A stretch of 41,759 nucleotides of DNA from Rhodospirillales bacterium (lineage in GTDB: Bacteria; Pseudomonadota; Gammaproteobacteria; Steroidobacterales; JAHEKG01): NCBI GenBank assembly GCA_024638475.1, contig JAHEKG010000003.1:1-41759 (forward strand), in the 5' to 3' direction. The translations under genes were made by a program, and so were the position numbers. Below the pieces are notes generated by a model. It had not been told where the DNA came from. It did no database searches and saw only the letters and a list, made by a program, of their open reading frames with translations. How positions within the stretch are numbered: position 1 is the stretch's first letter; every line of letters begins with the position of its first letter. This document shows positions 11,447 through 20,355 of the stretch, in pieces.

Positions 11447-12963
11447 AACTAGCAGCGCGCCACCAGGCACTCAGTCGGCGTTCGTTCGTCGGCCTGATCG
11501 GGTCGGTCGTCTCGGCCTGCGGAGGCGTGGTACGCACGAACTCGTGGGCCGACCGACCATTCACCGTCGCCGGCGCGAGCCGGGCGATCCGCAGGGGCGA
11601 GCTGAGCGCGGAATCGCTCGCCCAAGAGGTTATCGATCGGGTCACGGGCTATCCCAGTCTGGGCGCGTTCGTGCACTTCGATGCCGAGCGGTTGCTCGCC
11701 CAGGCGCGGGCGGCAGACGCGGCGCTGCGTAGGCGGGATGCTCCAGTCGGTCCGCTGCACGGCGTACCGATTGCCCTCAAGGACAACATCGATACCGCGG
11801 CACTGCCGACCACCGGCGCCACGCCGGCCCTTGCCCAGCATCGACCCACTCAAGACGCCGTCGTCGCCCAACGGTTGTTTTCCGCCGGTGCGTTGTTGGC
11901 CGGAAAAACCAACATGGACGAACTCGCCGGCGGCGGCACGACCAGCAATCCCCTGTTCGGCCGCACGGCCAATCCCTATGCATACGCGCATATTCCGGGC
12001 GGCAGCAGCGGGGGTTCCGGCGCCGCGGTTGCGGCGCGCATCGTCCCGGCGGCATTGGGCACGGATACGGCCGGCTCGGTCAGGATCCCGAGCGCCTATT
12101 GCGGCATCGTGGGTTTTCGGCCTTCGACGGGTCGCGTGCCTGTCACCGGCGTCATCCCCTTTGCCTTGACCCGGGATACGGTGGGTCCCATGGCGACGAC
12201 GGTGGAGGACATCCGGCTGCTGGATGCGGTGTTGGCGGGTGAAGAACCCCCTCAAGCAACGCGCGGTTCACTGCAGGACCTCCGCTTGGGTTTGCCGGCC
12301 GAGCCCTATCACCGCAATCTGTCCCCGTCCGTCGAGCGCATATTCTTCGAAACGGTGAAGTTACTCGAAGGGCACGGCGTCAGCTTCGTGCAACAAGACA
12401 TTCCCCGGCTCACCGAAATGAACGACGCCATGACACTGCTGAAGACCGGCATCGAATTGCACCGCGACATCGGCGCTTACCTTGAGCAGAGTGGGCTGCG
12501 TTTGTCCGTGGCCGACGTGATCGACGCCATCGCCGAGCCCTTCGTGCGCGAGTTCTTTTCGCTCTTCAGAGCACCGAGCGCCGCCATGTGGGCGGAGTAC
12601 GATACGCTCATGCGCGATGTCCTGCCCTCGATGCGGGCGACCTACGCGGACTACCTGCGCGAACACCGCCTCGAAGGTGTTTTCTACCCGACCATTCCCG
12701 TCACGGCAGGCATTCACGTGCCGGGCACCGCCGATGTCATTGTCGACGGCGCGCGGCTCGAGGGCGGTGTCTGGCTGAATATCCAAAACGTGTCGCCCAC
12801 GACGCTGTGGGCCTGCGGCGGGGTCGCACTCCCGGCCGGCCTGTCACGGGATGGCCTGCCGGTATCGGTGTCCATCGATGGCCGGCCGAATGAGGACCAG
12901 CGGCTGCTCGCGGTTGCGCAGGCGGTGGAGGCGGTGCTTCCCAAGTTGCCGCCGCCCGCATAG
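11443..12963 (+). CDS. Amidase-signature family enzyme (indoleacetamide/mandelamide hydrolase-like), probable Tat lipoprotein
   Basis: Motifs GPLHGVPIALKDN, PGGSSGGSGAAVAA, ALGTDTAGSVRIPS (Ser-cisSer-Lys triad motifs). N-terminus has SRRSFV followed by VVSAC. Confidence 0.9.
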   Translation: MKLAARHQALSRRSFVGLIGSVVSACGGVVRTNSWADRPFTVAGASRAIRRGELSAESLAQEVIDRVTGYPSLGAFVHFDAERLLAQARAADAALRRRDAPVGPLHGVPIALKDNIDTAALPTTGATPALAQHRPTQDAVVAQRLFSAGALLAGKTNMDELAGGGTTSNPLFGRTANPYAYAHIPGGSSGGSGAAVAARIVPAALGTDTAGSVRIPSAYCGIVGFRPSTGRVPVTGVIPFALTRDTVGPMATTVEDIRLLDAVLAGEEPPQATRGSLQDLRLGLPAEPYHRNLSPSVERIFFETVKLLEGHGVSFVQQDIPRLTEMNDAMTLLKTGIELHRDIGAYLEQSGLRLSVADVIDAIAEPFVREFFSLFRAPSAAMWAEYDTLMRDVLPSMRATYADYLREHRLEGVFYPTIPVTAGIHVPGTADVIVDGARLEGGVWLNIQNVSPTTLWACGGVALPAGLSRDGLPVSVSIDGRPNEDQRLLAVAQAVEAVLPKLPPPA

Positions 12964-13000
12964 TGTCAGCCGGTGCCGTCGGTAAAGGTCACGGCCAACG

Positions 13001-13399
13001 TCAATGCTCCGCCAAGGCCCGCAGGACACCCAGCGCCCGCTCCGCGTCGTCCTGCGGGACGAAGACATGGTCGTGGTAAAAGGCCGCGAAGACGTTGGCG
13101 CTGATATTTGCCGCCGCTAATCGTTCGGTGAACTTGGCGGTGAGCCCGACTGCGGTGAGGCTCGAATGCACCTGGAGCGTAATTCTCTTGAATACGCCGT
13201 CGTAGGACAGGCCTGCGGCATCCGCGATGGTCTGGCGAAGCACGAGGGTGAGTCCCTCCGCCTCGTCGAAACTGGCGATGGGTTGCCACTCCGCGTGATC
13301 CCCGTAGCTTGCTTGCCGGCAGACGAACACGCAGGGATCGGGATCGAGCATCGGGCTGGCCGCTTTGAGTAGTTGGTCTAGGTTGTCGACGCCGCCCAC
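13001..13399 (-). CDS. Small ACT-domain protein (DUF2241/ACT_7 type)
   Basis: GTG at 13399 with GGAG upstream; motifs F.EAEGLTLVL, ITLQVHSSLTAVGLTA, NISANVFAAFYHDHVFVP. Confidence 0.85.
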   Translation of the reverse strand: MGGVDNLDQLLKAASPMLDPDPCVFVCRQASYGDHAEWQPIASFDEAEGLTLVLRQTIADAAGLSYDGVFKRITLQVHSSLTAVGLTAKFTERLAAANISANVFAAFYHDHVFVPQDDAERALGVLRALAEH

Positions 13400-13421
13400 T
13401 TGGACTTCTCCCTGCCGGTTG

Positions 13422-14798
13422 CTAACCGGGTTCGTCCGCGGACCAGGCCAGCGACTCGATATACATCTTCTTGTAATAGCGCATGTTGTAGACGAGAAAG
13501 CCGGTGGCGAATAAGCCGGCCAACACCGCGACACAGGCGACCGAGTAGCGCAGCATTGCGTCGTCCTTGAACACATAGTCCGTGAACAGGGCGATGCCCG
13601 TCGGGCCAATGGTCAACCCGAGCAGATTGATCACAAAGTAGTAGAGCGCGGAAGCCTGTGCGCGCATCTGATTGGGCGTGACGATCATCAAAGCGGAAAT
13701 GCCGGCGGCGGTCGTGCACATCAAGCCCGTGGATGCGGGTATCAACATGACGACGGACAGGGCCGGGGTCGGCGCCAACGGCGTCAGGATGCTGCCGGCG
13801 ATGCCGAGCAGTGCCCCCCACAGGGCCGCCCGCATGTGGGCATCCTGATAGCCCTTTTTCATGAAGGTTTCGGTAAGCCACGAGGCGATGACGACGGCAA
13901 CCGGCGCGGTGGCGAGGGTCACGATGCCGTAGGCCGTACCGATGTCGCGGATGGACCAGTCCCAGGTGCGGATGAACATGGTGGGGATCCAGGCGTAGAA
14001 GCCGTAGGACATGATCCCGACCACGGACATCCCCAGGAAATGGGTGGCGTACATGCGCCAGCGGCTGACGAAAAACCGCACGGCATCCGCGAGGGGGATT
14101 TGATCGCTATCGGTGGTTTCGCTGGCGAGCCGCATCCGCTCCCGTCTAATGGGTTCCTTAACCGTCCACATGAGCACCGCCATCAACAGGCCCGGTAGGC
14201 CGACGACGAGGAATACCGTCTGCCATGCATATAACTCGCCGAACACGGGAACGACAACGGGCGGGGCATCGAAAATAATTGCGACGATCTGGCCGCCGAC
14301 GAGCATTGCCAGACCGACGCCCATGGCGATACCCATGGTGTAGAAAGCCACCGCCCGGGCGCGGGTCTCCTTCGGGAAATAGTCGCTGATCATGGATAGT
14401 GCACTCGGGCTCAAGGCCGCCTCGCCGACCCCGACACCGATCCGGGCCGCGAACAGTTGCCCGTAGCCACGGGCCAGCCCGCAGGCTGCCGTCATCAAGC
14501 ACCAGATCGTGATGCCCGTGGCGATGATCATGCGCCGGCTGTAACGATCGGCGAGGCGGGCAATGGGCAAGCCGAGCAGGGTATAGAAGATGGCGAAGGC
14601 GAGTCCCAGGAGGAGACTCATCTGGGTGTCCGAAATGCCGAGATCGCGCCGGATGGGTTCCACCATCAGCGCCATGATTTGGCGGTCTATGAAGGAGACG
14701 GTGTAGGCGAGGGTCAGGATGACCACCACATACCAGCTATAGGCGGTCCGTGGATAAGGCGCGGCCTTGGGTTCGTCGCTCGTTTGGGCTACCGCCAT
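13422..14798 (-). CDS. MFS transporter (spinster-like)
   Basis: Motifs SFIDRQI, ARLADRYSRR (MFS motif A), ARIGVGVGEA, SMISDYFP; about 12 TM helices; GGGAG RBS. Confidence 0.92.
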   Translation of the reverse strand: MAVAQTSDEPKAAPYPRTAYSWYVVVILTLAYTVSFIDRQIMALMVEPIRRDLGISDTQMSLLLGLAFAIFYTLLGLPIARLADRYSRRMIIATGITIWCLMTAACGLARGYGQLFAARIGVGVGEAALSPSALSMISDYFPKETRARAVAFYTMGIAMGVGLAMLVGGQIVAIIFDAPPVVVPVFGELYAWQTVFLVVGLPGLLMAVLMWTVKEPIRRERMRLASETTDSDQIPLADAVRFFVSRWRMYATHFLGMSVVGIMSYGFYAWIPTMFIRTWDWSIRDIGTAYGIVTLATAPVAVVIASWLTETFMKKGYQDAHMRAALWGALLGIAGSILTPLAPTPALSVVMLIPASTGLMCTTAAGISALMIVTPNQMRAQASALYYFVINLLGLTIGPTGIALFTDYVFKDDAMLRYSVACVAVLAGLFATGFLVYNMRYYKKMYIESLAWSADEPG

Positions 14799-14935
14799 CG
14801 CGCTCCCCTTATTATTTCAGCAAAGAGTAGCACTGATTGGCGGCGGAGACTTTTTCAACGGCCTCCATTTCGCCGGATGGACGTTACCGCCCGGCTCGCG
14901 TAGATTTGAGTTTGGTAGTTGGAAGAGAATCCGAT

Positions 14936-15676
14936 ATGAGCCAACCCATTCCCGGCCGCGGCGCCCTCATGCCGTATTGGCATCCCCCGGTCGGCCAGGC
15001 GCCCTACCCGATGGAGCGCGCCGAGATGATGATCATCGAATGCGAAGCGAATCCCGATGAATTGGCGCGCATTACGCCATCGTTTTGCGATCCCGGGGAG
15101 AGCACGCGGGTTAAGATTTTCCTCGCCAACAACAGCCAGCCGCCTACCTCGCTGCGCTTTTACGAGATCGGAGTTATCCAGGAGGTGGTGTATCAAGGCG
15201 AAACGGTGCAGACCATTCCGTACATCTGGGTGTCCGACGATCTCGCCATGCTCGGCGGACGCGAGTACTTCGGCATGACCAAGCTCATCATGGACGACAG
15301 CGGCCTGCAGATTCACGCCAACCAGGTTTTCGGCCGCCTGTCCCGCGCCGGCGTCACCATGGCGGAGGCTTCCATGGTCCTGGACCGGGAAGCCCAGGCC
15401 GACGAGCTGCCGTTCAAGGGTCTCGCGTCGGTCTACGAACGCCATATTCCCAATCCCAATCCCGCCAAGCCCTCGCTGCGGCAGCTCATTAAGCTGCACG
15501 TGACGGATCGCACCCTCGACGGCCGTTGCTGGCTGGGGCAGGGGTACGTCGAAACCCGCCACCCACTCAATTCAGGCCTCAACCGGCTCGAGCTCATCGC
15601 TACCGAGCGGGCCTGGTATGGCGTGTATTCCTGGAATCTACCCAACGGCGAAATCGTCGACGAGAAAGAAGTTTGA
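14936..15676 (+). CDS. Acetoacetate decarboxylase-like superfamily protein
   Basis: ATG at 14936; motifs FYEIG, PYIWVSDD.AMLGGREYFGMTK (GRE..G..K Schiff-base lysine motif), IPNP. Confidence 0.8.
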   Translation: MSQPIPGRGALMPYWHPPVGQAPYPMERAEMMIIECEANPDELARITPSFCDPGESTRVKIFLANNSQPPTSLRFYEIGVIQEVVYQGETVQTIPYIWVSDDLAMLGGREYFGMTKLIMDDSGLQIHANQVFGRLSRAGVTMAEASMVLDREAQADELPFKGLASVYERHIPNPNPAKPSLRQLIKLHVTDRTLDGRCWLGQGYVETRHPLNSGLNRLELIATERAWYGVYSWNLPNGEIVDEKEV

Positions 15677-15713
15677 GTGGCCCTTTCGGGGCGCCACGGC
15701 TGGAACAGGCGAC

Positions 15714-16442
15714 ATGTCGACTACGTTCGTACTCGTCCACGGCGGTTGGCACGACGGTTCCTGTTGGGAACGGACGATTGCCTATTTGCAGGCGGCGGGC
15801 CATCGCGCGTACGCTCCGACCCTGGCCGGCCATGGCGTCGCGGGCGGCGAAGCGGTTACCCTCGGCAACTGCGTTGCTTCCGTCCTGAACTACATCACCG
15901 AGCGCCGTCTCGATGATTTCGTCCTCGTCGGCCACAGCATAGCCGGCATCGTTATTGCCAAAGTTGCCGAGCAGTGTCCCGAGCGCGTGCGGCGCTTGGT
16001 CTTTCAAAACGCTTATGTGCTGCGCGACGGCGAATCCGTCTACGATTTGCTACCGGCGTCGCTCCAACAAATGCTGGATGGGCTGCATGCAGCCTCTCCC
16101 ACGGCCGAGGTTTCGCTCGACTTCGAAACATTCCGCAACGTTTTCATCAATGATGCGGATGACGAAACTGCAAAATGGGCCTTTTCTCAGCTTTGCCCGG
16201 GAACGATAAATCGCCAGTACGAAAAGGTGGAGATGAAGCGATTCCATACCCTGGATATACCGATAAGCTACATCCACTGTACCGATGATGTGACGATGGC
16301 GTCCGCCGATTGGCGTTGGCACCCGGACATGACGGGCCGTCTGCGAGATCCCCGAGTGATCGAGATACCGGGCAGCCACGAAGTTTGCTTCTCGAATCCG
16401 CGGCGCCTGGCAGAAGCACTGATCGAGGCCTCGAAACGCTAG
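15714..16442 (+). CDS. Alpha/beta hydrolase of the methylesterase (SABP2/MES-like) type
   Basis: ATG at 15714; motifs FVLVHGGWHDGSCW, LVGHSIAG (nucleophile Ser), YIHCTDD (acid), GSHEVCFSNP (His). Confidence 0.88.
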   Translation: MSTTFVLVHGGWHDGSCWERTIAYLQAAGHRAYAPTLAGHGVAGGEAVTLGNCVASVLNYITERRLDDFVLVGHSIAGIVIAKVAEQCPERVRRLVFQNAYVLRDGESVYDLLPASLQQMLDGLHAASPTAEVSLDFETFRNVFINDADDETAKWAFSQLCPGTINRQYEKVEMKRFHTLDIPISYIHCTDDVTMASADWRWHPDMTGRLRDPRVIEIPGSHEVCFSNPRRLAEALIEASKR

Positions 16443-16497
16443 CGCCTAAGCCCGCGGGGTTCTCCCAACTCGCGTTCGGTTTGTCGCCGGGCCGGGA

Positions 16498-17007
16498 CTA
16501 GGTACCGTTCTTGGGTGCCACGACGAAGGCATTCCGCTCACGGTCTTTAACGACTTTTTCGGCATCGAATACTGTGCCGTTAATCGCGATGTAGACGCCC
16601 GGTGGCGCGACCTGGACGGCGGCGAAGGCCATGCCGAGGTTGAACATGGCGTCGGTTTCCGCAAACCTCGCGGGTGACAAGGCGCCGGTCAAGACGATGG
16701 TCTTGTTCGGGATATCGGCCAGCGCCGAACCCGTCGCCGTCATGGTGTCGGTGCCGTGGGTAATAACGATCTTATTTTCCGCCGCGGCAAGCACGGTTGC
16801 GCGGATTTGATCTCTGTCGGCATCCGTCAGATCCAGACTGTCCTTACGCAGTACCTCAACGATTCGGTAGGGTCTCTTGACGACAGCGTGTTGCAGGAGA
16901 TCGTCGATTACGGAATGGCCGACCTCGAAACGACTCTGCGCGTCGAAATAAATCTTGTCGATGGTACCGCCGGTGGTGAGTACGGCGATTGCGTCCGCTG
17001 GGGTCAT
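16498..17007 (-). CDS. Short asparaginase-domain protein (N-terminal domain only)
   Basis: ATG at 17007; motifs LTTGGTIDK, KDSLD, ITHGTDTM, IVLTGA; 169 aa. Confidence 0.88.
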   Translation of the reverse strand: MTPADAIAVLTTGGTIDKIYFDAQSRFEVGHSVIDDLLQHAVVKRPYRIVEVLRKDSLDLTDADRDQIRATVLAAAENKIVITHGTDTMTATGSALADIPNKTIVLTGALSPARFAETDAMFNLGMAFAAVQVAPPGVYIAINGTVFDAEKVVKDRERNAFVVAPKNGT

Positions 17008-17047
17008 GGGGATCAAACCTTCATAATCGGCGCCGCGACGGGCGTGG

Positions 17048-18100
17048 CTAGCTGGATACTTCCGGTTTAGTGGCAGTGACCACCGTCCAGGGGAAACGCC
17101 AGGCGTCATTTTTTTCGATGTCGATCTCCTCACTCTCCTTAAACGGCGTGATTTCGATATCGACGAAGCCCTTCTTCTTCAACAGTGCTGCCAAATCCGT
17201 GCTGGCAAGCGGTTGCATGAAGGGTTCGTTGTTACGGCGGGCGTGGCCATAGTGAATAAACCTGCGAAATCCGTCGGGGATCGAGTAAAAATCCAGGTGT
17301 ACCATTCGACCACCGGGTTCGAGTACCCGCAACGCTTCGTCGAACAATTCCTCTAGCGCTTTCGTCGGCAATTCGTGTAGCACCATCGTCGACGTGACGA
17401 GATCAAAGGAGGCATCGCTGTAATCGGTGCTGCGCGCGTCCATCTGTCGGTAACGGACGTTGTCGAGTTGCCGCTGCTTGGCCAGATGAGCGCCTAGGGT
17501 GACGCAGGGTGCGGAGAGGTCGACACTTTCGACGGACGAATCTGGGAAGCGCTCCGCCAGGGGGCCGGTACTTTTGCCGAAGCCGCCGCCCATGTCCAGA
17601 ATGCGTCTGGGCGGTCCCGCCGCCGCAACAACATCCGTAAAGCGATCGTGGAGGTCTTTATGGGCCTCCCCCAGCATGGGCGTGGTACTGCGGGCACCGC
17701 GCTCGTACACCAGGGCCGCTGTTGCGTCGGACCACAGGCCCCCCGGGTGCTGATGAATATCGACGCCGGTGTAGTAGCCGGGCAGCTCCAGGTCTCGATC
17801 CAATTCGGCGTCACCCGTTAGCGCGGCCAACAGTTCGCCGCGCCGCTCGTCGTGATAAGGCACCAGCCCGTAGCGGCCGGCGTACTTCATCCGCTGCAGG
17901 TGCCGTTCCAACCAGGCGAAGTATTGGTAGAGCGGCGAGTCTTCGAGTATCGCGGCGACGTCCTCGACCGACTGCTCCTTTTGATCCACCGAACTCTTTG
18001 CCAGGAATTCGTCGCGCAAGGCGCGATACAGGGTGGTCGTCCAATACATCTTGGCGGCCAGCAAGAAGCCCTGCGCAGCGCTGAAGGCCCGTTCATCCAC
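17048..18100 (-). CDS. Class I SAM-dependent methyltransferase with an N-terminal extension
   Basis: Motifs RILDMGGGFG (motif I), VDLS, SFDLVTS.MVLHEL, RVLEPGG. N-terminal part carries DIHQHPGG. GGAGG upstream of the GTG start. Confidence 0.87.
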   Translation of the reverse strand: MDERAFSAAQGFLLAAKMYWTTTLYRALRDEFLAKSSVDQKEQSVEDVAAILEDSPLYQYFAWLERHLQRMKYAGRYGLVPYHDERRGELLAALTGDAELDRDLELPGYYTGVDIHQHPGGLWSDATAALVYERGARSTTPMLGEAHKDLHDRFTDVVAAAGPPRRILDMGGGFGKSTGPLAERFPDSSVESVDLSAPCVTLGAHLAKQRQLDNVRYRQMDARSTDYSDASFDLVTSTMVLHELPTKALEELFDEALRVLEPGGRMVHLDFYSIPDGFRRFIHYGHARRNNEPFMQPLASTDLAALLKKKGFVDIEITPFKESEEIDIEKNDAWRFPWTVVTATKPEVSS

Positions 18101-18115
18101 GATAACTTCCTCCGC

Positions 18116-18427
18116 CTATTTCTTTTTCAGGCTGAATGGACCCGTCGCCCCTTTGGCTTGCTGTTCACCCAACAGTGGTTTCAGCAACGCCTCGGCGAAC
18201 GCATCCCGATCCGCTTGCGCGGCGGCTAACTCCGCTGCCGTCGGTTCCGCATCGAGTGCGGAAACGTCCAGCGTGCCGGTTTTTGCGAGCTGCCCTTCGA
18301 GTGCACGCACCCGATCGCGCAGCACATAGTGCTCCGTGGCGAGGGCCATCAATACGCCCATGAGCCGATCGACGGCCGGATCTTCAAACAGTTGTTGCTC
18401 CGGACGACCGCTCCGTTGCGTTGTCAC
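18116..18427 (-). CDS. Small helical hypothetical protein directly upstream of the methyltransferase
   Basis: GTG at 18427 with a strong AGGAGGAG RBS; FEDPAVDRLMGVLMALATEHYVLRDRVRALE; 103 aa. Confidence 0.8.
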   Translation of the reverse strand: MTTQRSGRPEQQLFEDPAVDRLMGVLMALATEHYVLRDRVRALEGQLAKTGTLDVSALDAEPTAAELAAAQADRDAFAEALLKPLLGEQQAKGATGPFSLKKK

Positions 18428-18441
18428 GATCGCTCCTCCTG

Positions 18442-19530
18442 TTAGTGGGACGCGCCCGCCCCGCCTAACGGTAGCGGGATGGCATCCTCGATCGGGCCGC
18501 CGCCATGGGAAAGGCCGCGGGCGTAGGTCACCTCGAGCCAACTGGCACCCTGTTCGGTTACCGGGCCATCCCCGTAACCCCAGATGCTGCGGGGTGGCTG
18601 ATAAATGAAGAAATCTTCCTTGACGTTCACCGCCGTGCCTGGGCTGTCGGGGTCGTCGAAAATCCACACCGTCATCTCGCCCCAGGTCAAATAACGCATC
18701 CGATTGGCGCGTTCGAAGTAGGTATCGGGCGTGTCTTCAGGCGGCGTCCAGCCGGGCGGGATCTTGACGAGTTGGGCGCGAAAGCCTCCCTGCCAGTCAT
18801 CGCTGAGCCACTTCACGAACCGCCCCGGCACCTCCGTGTCGGGCTCCCATTCGAGATCCCGCGCCGAGTCGACCAGCCAGGGGGCGTTCCACTGTTTCAC
18901 GGCGCGCCAGTCCGGGTCGTACGGCTCGGGTTTCACGGAGCGGTCGATACCGTAGTGTTCGCTGTTCGGGCCGATGGTGACGAAACTGCCGTCGCCTTCT
19001 TCGTAGATCAGCAGGTAATAGGGATTCTGCGGACGCAGCCCGCCCCCTGTTTTCCAGTTCACGCTGTGTATGGAGAAGGGCGGGCGATCCAGCCAACCGC
19101 CCTGAGGCTTCCAGTGCATTTTGCCATTCTTTTGGTAGGGGCTGACGGCTTCGTACAACACCGAGTCGCCCTTCAGCGTAAATCCCCACTCATGCCAATG
19201 ATGGTAGTGGGGTCCGCCGGGATTCATTTTCATGTCCCAGGCGGGAATAAAGATACTGTAGACCAGCGCACCCACCTCGGGCCCCCTGAAGATGGTCTTG
19301 GAGGGCAGGCCGAAACGGGGTTTCGCGTCCACGGCAAATGCATGCACGTTCACGACTTCCAATGGTGACCAACCATCGTCCTCGGCCTCGAGTTGGCCGA
19401 CGATTTGCTGGTCCCACTGTTGTGCCTGGGCGGGGACAACGGCGAGCATGCCGGCGAACAATAGAGCAACCGCGTGCCGCGCTGCCTCACGGCGCCGCCG
19501 GCCAGTGTGTATTGCAACATCGTGGTTCAT
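18442..19530 (-). CDS. Exported tandem-cupin protein (DUF4437-like)
   Basis: ATG at 19530; signal peptide ending AQA. Two internally similar halves: PHYHHWHEWG...RPPFSIHS and TYFERANRMRY...QPPRSIWG. Confidence 0.65.
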   Translation of the reverse strand: MNHDVAIHTGRRRREAARHAVALLFAGMLAVVPAQAQQWDQQIVGQLEAEDDGWSPLEVVNVHAFAVDAKPRFGLPSKTIFRGPEVGALVYSIFIPAWDMKMNPGGPHYHHWHEWGFTLKGDSVLYEAVSPYQKNGKMHWKPQGGWLDRPPFSIHSVNWKTGGGLRPQNPYYLLIYEEGDGSFVTIGPNSEHYGIDRSVKPEPYDPDWRAVKQWNAPWLVDSARDLEWEPDTEVPGRFVKWLSDDWQGGFRAQLVKIPPGWTPPEDTPDTYFERANRMRYLTWGEMTVWIFDDPDSPGTAVNVKEDFFIYQPPRSIWGYGDGPVTEQGASWLEVTYARGLSHGGGPIEDAIPLPLGGAGASH

Positions 19531-19660
19531 GGGCTTTTCATACTCCTTTTCGGATGCTGATCCTAGGCCCAGGAATGCCTGAGCCCGGTCCGGCGGCAGT
19601 TCGAATTGCGCTGGTGGAACCGGCAGCCTATTCTGAGACCATAGCAAGCATCAAAAAAGG

Positions 19661-20329
19661 ATGCCCATGATTTATCCGTGGTTGCTCGCGGCGCATATCG
19701 TCGGTTTGGGCTATTGGTTGGGGTCCGAGCTGGTCATCAATTCGACCTACCGTTATGTGTGCTACCACGCGGAGATGCCGCTGGCTGATCGGACACGGTT
19801 GATGGCGCACGTTATGAACGTTGACCAGCATGTGCGCTATGCATTGGTGTTGCAGGCGAGCGTCGGTACCGTGCTGGCAGCGGAACTGGGGTACATCCCC
19901 GGCGGCCGCCCCCTGGTCATCGTGGTCGCCCTGATCGGCGTACTCTGGTTCGTTTTCGTCGAACTCGTGCATCGGCTTCGCCACCAGCCGGTGGGCAAGC
20001 GATTGGCCGCCATCGATCGCGGCTCGCGCTATGTGTTGATGGCCGCACTCATCCTAATTGCGCTCGGATTGCTCGGTGGGGCGTGGCCGACACCCGACTG
20101 GCTGCGCTGGAAACTCGCCTGTTTCGCGGGCGTCATTGCCTGCGGAGTGGGCATTCGCCTGGCGCTGCTTGGCCATTTCAGCACCTGGGCCATTATGGAG
20201 CGCGACGGGCCCACGGACGAAACCAATGCGATCATTCGTCAAACCTATGTCCGCGCTACCGCCATTCTGGTGTTGTTGTGGGTGTTTATCGCGGCGATCG
20301 CCGTACTCAGCGTGGCCAAGCCGGGTTGA
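19661..20329 (+). CDS. Hypothetical integral membrane protein (about 6 TM)
   Basis: Hydrophobic 222-aa ORF with a His in the first TM segment (AAHIVGLGYWLG); AAGGA RBS. Confidence 0.75.
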   Translation: MPMIYPWLLAAHIVGLGYWLGSELVINSTYRYVCYHAEMPLADRTRLMAHVMNVDQHVRYALVLQASVGTVLAAELGYIPGGRPLVIVVALIGVLWFVFVELVHRLRHQPVGKRLAAIDRGSRYVLMAALILIALGLLGGAWPTPDWLRWKLACFAGVIACGVGIRLALLGHFSTWAIMERDGPTDETNAIIRQTYVRATAILVLLWVFIAAIAVLSVAKPG

Positions 20330-20355
20330 GTTGCCTCATTGATCGGGAGAGTAGG

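Noticed and set aside
20083-20355. N-terminal extension of the 510-aa ORF, and similar extensions at 9044, 13609, 14837, 15618, 17133, 18667, 19647, 24795 (minus strand), 25655, 33786 and 37680
   Set aside because: They overlap neighbouring genes or promoter regions; downstream starts fit better with RBS, signal peptide or family N-termini.
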